A stretch of DNA of 59,578 nucleotides, the filler included. It is 5 parts of 5 records of this genome, joined end to end, with 100 filler letters (N's around TTAATTAATTAA, not from the genome) between each part and the next. Parts side by side here need not be neighbours in the genome. Positions count along the whole stretch, not along the records: positions 35,453 to 44,031 come from SRR31147125_10972; positions 44,132 to 51,367 come from SRR31147125_10991; positions 51,468 to 59,578 come from SRR31147125_11009; 2 more parts are not named here. The stretch is one strand, 5' to 3'. A program made the translations under genes and the position numbers. How positions within the stretch are numbered: position 1 is the stretch's first letter; the number at the start of each line of letters is the position of its first letter. Shown piece by piece: positions 42,712 through 51,994 of the stretch. A model generated the notes under the pieces. That model saw nothing but the letters and a program-made list of their open reading frames with translations, ran no database searches and was not told where the DNA came from.

Positions 42712-43674
42712 TCATTCTTTTAACAGCAATATTGCCACGTGGCAATAGGCAATGAAACTATCCTTTAAAAAGCCTGGACCCTTTTTCAGCAAAAGGGGTA
42801 AGGTCATAAACCGCATAAAAAGTCCGATAAAAAGTACAACCTTTCCGGCTGTCCGGAAATACCAACTGTTATGTTTTTTCCATAACAACAATAAACTTTT
42901 ATGTGTTTGTATAAACGTTTCTTTCCTGCGAGTTTTACCCAATGGATCTTTATGATGATATATTTCAATCTCCGGATCAATGACTACGCGCCATCCGTTT
43001 TGGTAAAGCCGGTAACAATAATCCGTATCCTCACTATACATAAAAAACCGTTCATCCATCTCACCGATTTCCTGCATGGCTTTTGTACGGAGAAGAAAAA
43101 AGGCACCGGATATCCAGTCAACATCAGTGATCTCTGTTTTATGTACATACCAAAGCCGGGTTCTGCCGAAAATTCGGGAATCCGGGTACATTCGGCTCAG
43201 CCCAACCTGCTCCCAAAAGAGAGCTAATGGCGTTGGATAAATCCGCCCTGAAGCCTGTAGTTGCCCATCCGCTCCTTTCATGCGCACGGAAAGCGCCCCA
43301 ATTTGAGTATTTTCTTGCATTCTCCGAAGGGATGTTGACAAACTTTCTTTGGACAGTATTGTATCTGTGTTTAATAAAAGCACGTATGGTTCTCTCACCT
43401 TCTTCAAGGCATCATTCACATTCCCGGCAAATCCTTTTGGAATCTTTTGATGTATCATCTTCAGGTCCAGGACGTCCATATAATCACGTACGATGACACT
43501 GCTTTTCCCATGCCCATCATTATCTACAAGGATGACATGAACAGAAACATGGGTAGCAGCCTCAGCAATACTCTGAAAACAGGCAGGCAAAAAGTGAGCA
43601 TGCCCATCAGTGCTCACCAAAATGATCGCCAATGTCTTCTGTGAATCATTTTTATTTGATCTGTTTTCTATCAT
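42712..43674 (-). CDS. GT2 glycosyltransferase (WbbL-like)
   Basis: ILVDN, GFAGNVN, YVLLLNTD, DVDWISGAF and DERFFMYSEDTDYC. Confidence 0.9.
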   Translation of the reverse strand: MIENRSNKNDSQKTLAIILVSTDGHAHFLPACFQSIAEAATHVSVHVILVDNDGHGKSSVIVRDYMDVLDLKMIHQKIPKGFAGNVNDALKKVREPYVLLLNTDTILSKESLSTSLRRMQENTQIGALSVRMKGADGQLQASGRIYPTPLALFWEQVGLSRMYPDSRIFGRTRLWYVHKTEITDVDWISGAFFLLRTKAMQEIGEMDERFFMYSEDTDYCYRLYQNGWRVVIDPEIEIYHHKDPLGKTRRKETFIQTHKSLLLLWKKHNSWYFRTAGKVVLFIGLFMRFMTLPLLLKKGPGFLKDSFIAYCHVAILLLKE

Positions 43675-43984
43675 TAAACTTTTCTTTTTTTTGTGAGTTA
43701 GTAACAAAAACCAATAGCAAATAAATTAAAAGATACCCCAAGCAGTCGAATTCGATTTTAACCGGTATACAGCACATCTCATCTTTAAAAAGAACTTGTC
43801 CAATATATGAAAAGTCTTTTATGAATTCAAATTATAAAAAAGGCTATTAAGAAAAAACAAAAAGGTAACAAGTCCTGTTAATTTCAAATATAAAAAAGAG
43901 TCTATTACGAATCATACCACTTTTTTTCAACTCAATTGCATTGAATGGATTACTTCATTTCCAGTTGTACACCTTTTTTACAAT

Positions 43985-44023
43985 AAAAAAGGCCAGGGAC
44001 CAGCAAAGTGGTCCAAGGCCTTT
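43985..44023 (-). terminator. Rho-independent terminator-like hairpin
   Basis: AAAGGCC-ag-GGACCA-gcaaag-TGGTCC-aa-GGCCTTT with a T6 tail on the minus strand. Confidence 0.6.
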
Positions 44024-44031
44024 AGGGGAGG

Positions 44032-44131
44032 NNNNNNNNNNNNNNNNNNNNNNNNNNNNNNNNNNNNNNNNNNNNTTAATTAATTAANNNNNNNNNNNNN
44101 NNNNNNNNNNNNNNNNNNNNNNNNNNNNNNN
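44032..44131. other. Artificial contig spacer
   Basis: 44 N + TTAATTAATTAA + 44 N. Confidence 0.99.
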
Positions 44132-44923
44132 AAGATCGCTTTTGTTGATAAAGCCCAGGCAGATCCCCAACCTACAAACCTGAAAATGGGTTTAAATGTT
44201 AATATTCTTAAACAAGAACACAATGATCTGTCATTTGTTCTTGACTTGAATCGTATTCTTGCCGGCTCACATCCTTCTATGGATGTTAACGACAACTACT
44301 TGATCGAAGTTGGAAAACCTCTTGATACCGATTATGGTGAAGAAGCCTATACCGACAACTGGTTTACCGGTATCTTTACTTCATTTACCGATGACTGGCG
44401 TTATACCGGTGACGTTGATTACAGTGGTGACGGTATTATCGGTGGTTATGACGATGAAGGTGGCGAAGAAGGTTGGTATGATGTAGTGAATGATAACATT
44501 GACCGAATCGATGCTGTCAGAACTGCAAGTGGTGTTGCATACTGGGTAAACTCACGTACGGGTGAAGTAGCTGATGGTCCGGGTGAATACAATGCTACCG
44601 GACAACATGTCGGCTGGGGTGAATACGGTGATGATGCAGATCAGTTCGCTGAAGATACACCCGAAGTCGGTTCAGAAAGCAGCGGTAAGATCTCTAACGA
44701 ATTTCGTGAGATCATTTTGAATACTGGCATTGAATACGTTTATAATAAGATGTTCGCTCTTCGCGCCGGATTTATTTATGATCAGGATGGAGATGTTATG
44801 AACCCAACCATCGGATTCGGATTTATTTACAAAGGTCTCGGATTTGATTTTGCTTATACAGGCGGTGCAGAAGGCCATCCTTTAGCCAACACTATGCGTT
44901 ACAGTCTACGTTACGAATTCTAA
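44132..44923 (+). CDS. porV: PorV-family (T9SS shuttle) beta-barrel, 5'-truncated
   Basis: QADPQPTNLKMG, GIEYVYNKMFALRAG, T.GFG, FDFAY and HPLANTMRYSL.YEF. Confidence 0.75.
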   Translation, partial: KIAFVDKAQADPQPTNLKMGLNVNILKQEHNDLSFVLDLNRILAGSHPSMDVNDNYLIEVGKPLDTDYGEEAYTDNWFTGIFTSFTDDWRYTGDVDYSGDGIIGGYDDEGGEEGWYDVVNDNIDRIDAVRTASGVAYWVNSRTGEVADGPGEYNATGQHVGWGEYGDDADQFAEDTPEVGSESSGKISNEFREIILNTGIEYVYNKMFALRAGFIYDQDGDVMNPTIGFGFIYKGLGFDFAYTGGAEGHPLANTMRYSLRYEF

Positions 44924-44944
44924 ATAACCCACACGGAAAGCGCT

Positions 44945-47773
44945 ATGAAAAAACTCGTCCTTTTCGTCTGGATAATCTTCAGCTTCCTACCTTTGGAAGC
45001 TGAAATATTATCACATCAAATTTCTCCCGGCACACGAAACTTACTTGCGATCCGGGTGGAATTCCAGGAAGATGGAACAGACCTTACTACCGGAAACGGC
45101 AAGTTCATGATCAGTGAATGGACAGATCATGATACCACTTACGTACTGGACGCCCTTCCCCACGATCGTAATTATTTTCAATCCCATCTGAATTTTATCA
45201 ATAATTACTGGGATAAAGCATCTGCAGGCAATATTGGAATAAATACGGACAATGCATATTTGCTTCCTGCCGCTGATAGCGCGTATACCCTTTCGGAATA
45301 TATGAGATATTATTCGGATCCGGACAGTCTGGACTATCGTTTGGCCGAGCTGGTCTACGAATCGGTCATGAAAGCCGTAAATTCTGGTGAATATGTCAAT
45401 AACGACGGTGTGATCATTTATCATGCCGGTGCCGGTCAGGACTTCAAGATCGATCTGGACAATTCTCCTTTTGATATTCCTTCATTCTATTTTGATGAAG
45501 CGTATCTATCAGAATATCTTTCTTATGATGAATATCAAGATCTATTGGCGGTAAATTGTACTCAAGGTGTTGTATTACCGGAGTCCCAAAATCAATTGCA
45601 GGTCAATATTGCTTTAAATGGTACAGAGATACTGCTAACCGGTATGCTCCTTGGTTTACCTACGCTTTACGATACGGAATTCGGTCGTTCTGGTGCAGGA
45701 ACTTATGGTTTAATGGACCAGGGATCGAATGCTGGAAGCGGCTTATGTCCAATAAAGCCATCGGCTTATGAACGTTATTTACTGGGTGCCGTAGAACCTA
45801 TTACCTTGGACGAAACTCAGAATGTTACCATGCTTAGAGATGAGGTTTATAAACTTCCAATATCTTCTAACGAATATTTCCTTGTAGAGTTTAGAAAAAA
45901 TGCAGGCATGTGGGCAGATTCGCTTCTATGGTCACGAGATGATATCGATGATTATCTTGATGTTTTGCGTGTTTTTGATTCTCTTGGCTATGTCAATTAC
46001 ACCCTTGAAAATGGAGTTTTAACCGATCTTTCAGATCTGGATATTACTCTTCCGACTAACGGTTTATTGATATGGCATATTATTGAACCGGATTTCTTTG
46101 GTGAAAACCCGAATGCTCAGGACGACTGGTTCCTGAATCTTGTAGAAGCCGATGGCGGTGACGATATCGGGAAATGGTACAACACCTTTGATCCATCCGT
46201 AAACAATGGCTGGAAATGGGATATGTGGTTCACGAACAATCCGGCATATAAAGACAACAACCCGGCTTCCTACAAACTGCAATTCAATGACAGTTCACAT
46301 CCAAATACCCGCTCAAAATCCGGTATATTAAGCCGGATCAATATCAATGACTTTAAATTTTATGCTGATTCTGTTGTTATTCAACTGATCATGGAATCCG
46401 ACATGGCATTTAACTTTGAAGGTTTGGTCTTTGATGAAATGACAAGAGCTGCCGGTGCTTTTGATAATATGAATAATCTGGTCGGCTACCGTGACAGTTC
46501 ACTGTACTTTTTCAATTCCATGGGTAACTTTAGATTATTTTCTAATGATGCCCCGTATAAAAAAGATAGTACCGCTATTATGACCTATGATAGCGATATC
46601 ATTCAAATCGTAAATACTGCAACATCAGCAAAGATCAAACATCTTGTCTTTAATCCCATGTTTTTAACTGAAAACAATATTATGAACATAGAACATCCGA
46701 TCGATCTTGAGCATATTGCTATTCATGGTGATACTTTGTTTTTACCTCCAGTAGCTATAGAAGAACCGACCGGATCTAATGTTTCACCACAGCCACGTGA
46801 AGTATATAAACTTGATGTAGCATCATGGACCTTGATAGAAATTGATGAAACGATCTCTACTCTTGTCCCCTATGTTGAAAATGATATGATCAAATATATT
46901 GAATCTGATGCTGCCGCATTAATGAACGGTGATTTGATCTTTAGCGATACTTATGGTTTCAGTATTAATGGCAATAATCCAAACTTTGATTATTTGAGTG
47001 ATGGACATTATTTTTTGCCCGATTATATGCCAACGTATACCGATATGCATAAAATTACCCAGATCATACCTCTACATCTGAACAACGACGGCGAATACGA
47101 GATATTAGCATTGACGGAATATGAAGGAAATACCACACTTGCGGCTTTTTCGCAAAACGGTCCGCTGTTAAATAATTATCCGATCTTCGAAGATTATTCC
47201 AAGATCAGAATTTTTGAACAAGGTGGTTCACCCTTGATCGCTGCTTATGATCCTTCAGGTATTATTGATATTATCAACTCCGATGCTTCGACATACATCT
47301 CATTTCCTGCTCCGGTCAATGCAGCATCGTTCTTTATTGAACAAGTCACAACTGATACGGCATGGATCGTCGTGGACGGCAGTATTATAGCTATTCCATC
47401 TTCAGGTGTATACTGGGGATATAATGGTAAAGATGCCGCTCATAGCAACTCTGTTGTGGATCTGCAATCGGGAGTCCCTCTCGGATCAGATCAATTGACC
47501 GCTTATAATATTTATAATTATCCCAATCCCATCGAAGGTGCAAGAACGAAATTTCGTTTCTTTTCTACCGGGGCAACTCATGCAACGGTCACTATTTACT
47601 CTTTGGATGGCCGATACATTGCAAAATTGGAACATGATGTTATTGATCAGCAATGGAACGAGATCCCCTGGTTCGTCCTGAATGAAGAATCAGGTGTTTA
47701 TCTTGCCAAGATCGAGATCACGGATGGCACAAGAACCGAAACCCATTTTGTTAAACCCGCAATATTAAAATAA
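44945..47773 (+). CDS. M6/immune-inhibitor-A-like protein lacking HExxH, with a C-terminal T9SS sorting domain
   Basis: LAIRVEF, IIYHAGAG, LGLP.LYD, G.YGLMD.GS, EYFLVE.R, GLLIWHI and LVEADG; C-terminal YNYPNP...VTIYSLDG...W...SGVYL. Confidence 0.75.
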   Translation: MKKLVLFVWIIFSFLPLEAEILSHQISPGTRNLLAIRVEFQEDGTDLTTGNGKFMISEWTDHDTTYVLDALPHDRNYFQSHLNFINNYWDKASAGNIGINTDNAYLLPAADSAYTLSEYMRYYSDPDSLDYRLAELVYESVMKAVNSGEYVNNDGVIIYHAGAGQDFKIDLDNSPFDIPSFYFDEAYLSEYLSYDEYQDLLAVNCTQGVVLPESQNQLQVNIALNGTEILLTGMLLGLPTLYDTEFGRSGAGTYGLMDQGSNAGSGLCPIKPSAYERYLLGAVEPITLDETQNVTMLRDEVYKLPISSNEYFLVEFRKNAGMWADSLLWSRDDIDDYLDVLRVFDSLGYVNYTLENGVLTDLSDLDITLPTNGLLIWHIIEPDFFGENPNAQDDWFLNLVEADGGDDIGKWYNTFDPSVNNGWKWDMWFTNNPAYKDNNPASYKLQFNDSSHPNTRSKSGILSRININDFKFYADSVVIQLIMESDMAFNFEGLVFDEMTRAAGAFDNMNNLVGYRDSSLYFFNSMGNFRLFSNDAPYKKDSTAIMTYDSDIIQIVNTATSAKIKHLVFNPMFLTENNIMNIEHPIDLEHIAIHGDTLFLPPVAIEEPTGSNVSPQPREVYKLDVASWTLIEIDETISTLVPYVENDMIKYIESDAAALMNGDLIFSDTYGFSINGNNPNFDYLSDGHYFLPDYMPTYTDMHKITQIIPLHLNNDGEYEILALTEYEGNTTLAAFSQNGPLLNNYPIFEDYSKIRIFEQGGSPLIAAYDPSGIIDIINSDASTYISFPAPVNAASFFIEQVTTDTAWIVVDGSIIAIPSSGVYWGYNGKDAAHSNSVVDLQSGVPLGSDQLTAYNIYNYPNPIEGARTKFRFFSTGATHATVTIYSLDGRYIAKLEHDVIDQQWNEIPWFVLNEESGVYLAKIEITDGTRTETHFVKPAILK

Positions 47774-50752
47774 ATGAAAAAACACTTTCGACATCTATTA
47801 CTCTTATCTCTGGCATTACTGTCAGTCCTTCCCGCTTTGGCTCAAAATGGTCCTCATCATCCCGAATTGGAATGGCAAACGATGGAAACCGAACATTTTA
47901 TATTCCATTTTCATCCGGGAACGGAATGGTCAGTGCAAATGGCCATGCAGGTCGCAGAAACGGTATATCCGCATGTTACGGGACTCTACAATTGGGAACC
48001 GAAGGATAAAACACAGATCATTATTCAGGATACAGACGATTATGCCAACGGCGGCGCCTATTATTTCGATAACAAGATCATGATCTGGGCTTCTCCACTT
48101 GAATTCGATCTACGAGGTAATCACCAGTGGATGTGGAATGTTTTCACTCACGAATTCTCACATATTGTTTCGTTGGGTGCTTCCATGAAGTATCCCATCA
48201 GCATCCCCATGTTCTATGTACAATGGATCGACCGTGAAGTGCCGATGAAAGAGAATATTATTCTGGAATACCCTAAAGGCATCGGTTCAATGCCCATTGC
48301 CAATTCCATCACTCCCATGTGGTGGGCAGAAGGTGTTGCTCAGTATCAATATGAAAATTCCGCTCATGATTCCTGGGATTCGCATCGCGATATGATCCTG
48401 AGAGATGCCGCTTTGAATAATAATATTATGTCCTGGGGCGATGTTTCGCATTTTGGACATTCCGGCATTGGCAATGAGGTCGTTTATAATACCGGTTATG
48501 CTTTTGCCCGCTATCTGGCCGAACGCTACGGTAGCAATATCCATGCCGAAATAGCTCAAGCAGCACGCAAAAAACTGAATCTTTCCTTCAATAAGGTTTT
48601 AAAAGATGTCACGGGTATCAGCGGTAAAGAACTTTATAATGATTTCGCCGATCAATTTAAAGCTGATATGTTGAACAGTACCGCCACTATTCGTGAATAT
48701 GGTAAAGAAGGTGAAACTTTCTTTAGTAAAGGACCCGGCAACTTTCTGGCTTCCTACTCACCCGATGGCGAGAATTTCGTTTTTCAATCTTCAGCCGGCT
48801 ATGATTATATTTCTTATAACTTCCTCTTTACTTTTGATGAAAAAGGCAAAGAGAAAAAGATATCCAAAAATCGAGTTCGCGGGAACGTTGCATGGTCCAA
48901 AGACGGCAATAAAGTTTACTTTTCTCAGCGACAAAAAGCAGATATTTACGGCTCTACCTGGTTCGATCTGATGGAATACGATTTTGAGACGAAAAAACTC
49001 GAGCGCTTGACCCATGATGCCCGCGTTTATTCCGTCACAACAGATCTCAATGGAAAAATGTACTTGATCCGTGTTCATGACGGAACCCATAATATCTTTT
49101 CCTACGATCCGAAAAGCGGTGATATGGTCAACCTGACCAATTTTTCTACCGGAGAACAAGTTTTTATCATGCAAGCCGACCATAACGGTGATCATATTTA
49201 CTTTGATATGGCCGTTAATCACGGTCGTGACATCTATCGTCTTGATCTTAGCAATAATGATATTCAGCCCTTGATCTTTGACGTTAAATACGACAACCGC
49301 ACACCGCAACTCTCCCCTGATGGCAAAACCCTTTATTATTCTTCGGACAGGACCGGTGTTTTCAATATTTATAAAACAAATCTTGACGATATCAAACTTG
49401 AACTGCTCACAAACGTTATTGGAGCAGCCATGTACCCGGTTATTGATCCCAAAGACGGCTCACTGACCTATACCCTGTTCAAAGAGGGACAATTCGTACT
49501 GAATAAACTTGAAGATATCGAAAGCATGCCGGGAAAATTTGCTAAATACAAAGATTATTCCTTTCCAACCATCATGCAAAGTTGCGATGCTTCCTGCGAT
49601 ATCACTGAATCTGTAGAATACGATTATCAGTTCTCAAATTTATTCTTCGTCCCCTTTTTCCAATACGACTACGATGCCCTAAAGGCAGGTGTTATTCTAT
49701 TCCAGAATGAAGTTCTTGATAAATTAAACCTTTTCGCCATGGCAGATATCAATCATCGCGGCGATTATGATATCAATGCTCGTCTTGATTTTAATATGTT
49801 CCTTCCGAGATTCTATTTTGAAGTCTTTTCTGTGGGTTTGAACAGAACGGATACCATTTTATACAATGATTACTGGGAATATGAACAAGATGTGAAATTC
49901 TCATTATCCGAAGCTACATTAGGTATGCACTATACCTGGCAAAATCAGCATTATTTTGAATTAACTGCAACAAGCGGACAATATACATCAAACATCAAAG
50001 GTGAATTTGAGGACCCCAGTCTTGGCTTGGTCAAATTCGTACCCTCCACATATTTTAAGGGACAGCGTATTGAATTCCGCTATCGCACGGATTACACTCG
50101 CCGTCATTGGCAAAGCAATATCTCCCCTACCCGAGGATGGCGTATCAATGATCTTGTATTAGCATATGATTTCAATAAATTCATAGATGATTACAAGGTC
50201 TCTGACTACGGTACATATCTGGAAACTTACACGAACCATTATACTCCAAGAGTAGATCTTGATGCAGATATTTTCTTCCCCATTCCCGGTACCGAGCATT
50301 CCTCTTTATCATTCAATGTTGATATCGGCATGCAATTCAATACCGAGATCGATTCCTTCTTCAATTACTTCGGCGGTGGATTGCCGGGCTTGAAAGGTTA
50401 TCCGTTCTATGCCATTGAAGGAGCCAATAAAGCTATCCTGACATCAGCCCTTCGTTTCCCGATCTCTAAAAAATTGGGATTAAACCTGGAACCTTTTTTC
50501 TTTGAAAACCTCTATGTAAGTGTTTATCATCAGATCGGTGATGCATGGACCATCGGTAGATCAGCACCAGATTGGAAACAGAATATTGGTGTTGAAACAA
50601 GGATCGCCGGTCATTCATGGTATGGTTTCCCCTTGGCTCTGACCTTTGACCTTGTCTATGCCATGGACATGATCCAATACGATGAATACGATGAAACAAA
50701 GACCATTGGGAAAAACTTCAGGTTCTACTGGACGCTCTTATTCGATTTTTAG
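47774..50752 (+). CDS. Gluzincin peptidase + TolB/PD40 beta-propeller + C-terminal outer-membrane barrel protein
   Basis: W.TMETEHF, HEFSH...WWAEGVAQY, SPDG repeats with YYSSDRTGVFNIY, GG...LKGYP, C-terminal Phe. Confidence 0.8.
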   Translation: MKKHFRHLLLLSLALLSVLPALAQNGPHHPELEWQTMETEHFIFHFHPGTEWSVQMAMQVAETVYPHVTGLYNWEPKDKTQIIIQDTDDYANGGAYYFDNKIMIWASPLEFDLRGNHQWMWNVFTHEFSHIVSLGASMKYPISIPMFYVQWIDREVPMKENIILEYPKGIGSMPIANSITPMWWAEGVAQYQYENSAHDSWDSHRDMILRDAALNNNIMSWGDVSHFGHSGIGNEVVYNTGYAFARYLAERYGSNIHAEIAQAARKKLNLSFNKVLKDVTGISGKELYNDFADQFKADMLNSTATIREYGKEGETFFSKGPGNFLASYSPDGENFVFQSSAGYDYISYNFLFTFDEKGKEKKISKNRVRGNVAWSKDGNKVYFSQRQKADIYGSTWFDLMEYDFETKKLERLTHDARVYSVTTDLNGKMYLIRVHDGTHNIFSYDPKSGDMVNLTNFSTGEQVFIMQADHNGDHIYFDMAVNHGRDIYRLDLSNNDIQPLIFDVKYDNRTPQLSPDGKTLYYSSDRTGVFNIYKTNLDDIKLELLTNVIGAAMYPVIDPKDGSLTYTLFKEGQFVLNKLEDIESMPGKFAKYKDYSFPTIMQSCDASCDITESVEYDYQFSNLFFVPFFQYDYDALKAGVILFQNEVLDKLNLFAMADINHRGDYDINARLDFNMFLPRFYFEVFSVGLNRTDTILYNDYWEYEQDVKFSLSEATLGMHYTWQNQHYFELTATSGQYTSNIKGEFEDPSLGLVKFVPSTYFKGQRIEFRYRTDYTRRHWQSNISPTRGWRINDLVLAYDFNKFIDDYKVSDYGTYLETYTNHYTPRVDLDADIFFPIPGTEHSSLSFNVDIGMQFNTEIDSFFNYFGGGLPGLKGYPFYAIEGANKAILTSALRFPISKKLGLNLEPFFFENLYVSVYHQIGDAWTIGRSAPDWKQNIGVETRIAGHSWYGFPLALTFDLVYAMDMIQYDEYDETKTIGKNFRFYWTLLFDF

Positions 50753-50760
50753 GAAGCACT

Positions 50761-51367
50761 ATGAAAAAACTGACCATCATATTACTGATCACGCTATCTC
50801 TGCTTCAGGCCCAGATACCTGAAAAAATCCAATCTAAATCCATTCCTTTGGGCATAGGGCTCTCAACTCTGCTTCCCGGTGCGGGACAATGGTATGCCGG
50901 AGATAAGGGCATAGCCATCGTTTATACGGCTCTGGAAGCACTTTTTATCACCGGAACGGTTTATTATAACAGCGTAGGTAATCAGGGAATCGAAGAATAT
51001 GAGGATTTTGCCGATGTTCACTGGAATGTTGAAGATTGGCTGGAGATCTATGACCCGAATATTCATCCCACAACTCATCATGCCGTTGTTTACGTTGACC
51101 ATCGTCAATATTCTCCCGAGGATGCAGATGATTACGCTGCCATGCGAGCAGATATCGATGACGGTTATGAAAATTTGAGCATTATGAAAGACTACCATTT
51201 CTACGAAAATATCGGTAAATATCAGCAGTTCAAACAAGGTTGGGATGATTGGTCCACCAGTTCAGAAGTATCTGAAGGCGGAGTATATGTAAAATATTCA
51301 GATAATCAATTTGATTACTCATCCATGCGAAAAGAAGCCAATTTATTATTGGATTATGCAACATATT
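50761..51367 (+). CDS. Hypothetical exported/membrane protein (DUF5683-like), 3'-truncated
   Basis: Signal peptide, LS.LLPGAGQWYAG and FYENIGKY.QF..GW.D. Confidence 0.65.
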
Positions 51368-51467
51368 NNNNNNNNNNNNNNNNNNNNNNNNNNNNNNNNN
51401 NNNNNNNNNNNTTAATTAATTAANNNNNNNNNNNNNNNNNNNNNNNNNNNNNNNNNNNNNNNNNNNN
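51368..51467. other. Artificial contig spacer
   Basis: 44 N + TTAATTAATTAA + 44 N. Confidence 0.99.
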
Positions 51468-51488
51468 TTTTGACATCATAACGTCCAG

Positions 51489-51937
51489 TTGGAATTGGAA
51501 GCGCTGCGCAAGCCTAAGACTCCCACGGAGCTTCGTAAGGCTCTCCAAGACCAACAAGACCGTGCCCGTCGTGCCCGGGAAAAGATGGTGACGTGTCGCA
51601 AGGAACGGGCGGCCCATCATGTTCGTAAGGTGGAGAAAGTGAGGAAACGCCCTCTCAGCCCATCGGCGTACGTTTGTCGTTTTCTCTTGGGTGGGGGCCG
51701 ACGGCCGGATGGATGTACAGAGAACCGTCTGGCAAGGAGAAAATGCCAAACGTCGGGATGGGATCGCTTGCCAAGTATCATCTCGAGCTGGATGCACTGC
51801 GTCGCAAGCCCTCTGTGGAGGAATGGGCCCAACGGCAACAGGCCAATCAGGCGGCCGCCCGTCAGCGTCGTGAAACCCTTCTCAAGGGCCCACGCAACAA
51901 GGCCACGGCCCTACGCCGTCCTACCGTATCGCATTAG
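51489..51937 (+). CDS. Eukaryotic gene 3' part (exons 51489-51667 and 51721-51937): basic helical protein with an internal repeat
   Basis: GTACGT...TACAG intron 51668-51720 joins the frames; LELEALRKPK / LELDALRRKP repeat; acceptor-like CAG at 51486-51488. Confidence 0.55.
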
Positions 51938-51994
51938 GGAGTGGTGTGATGCCCTTTGTGTGTAAATCAATGCAGGGCAACACTCCCCTCTCCC

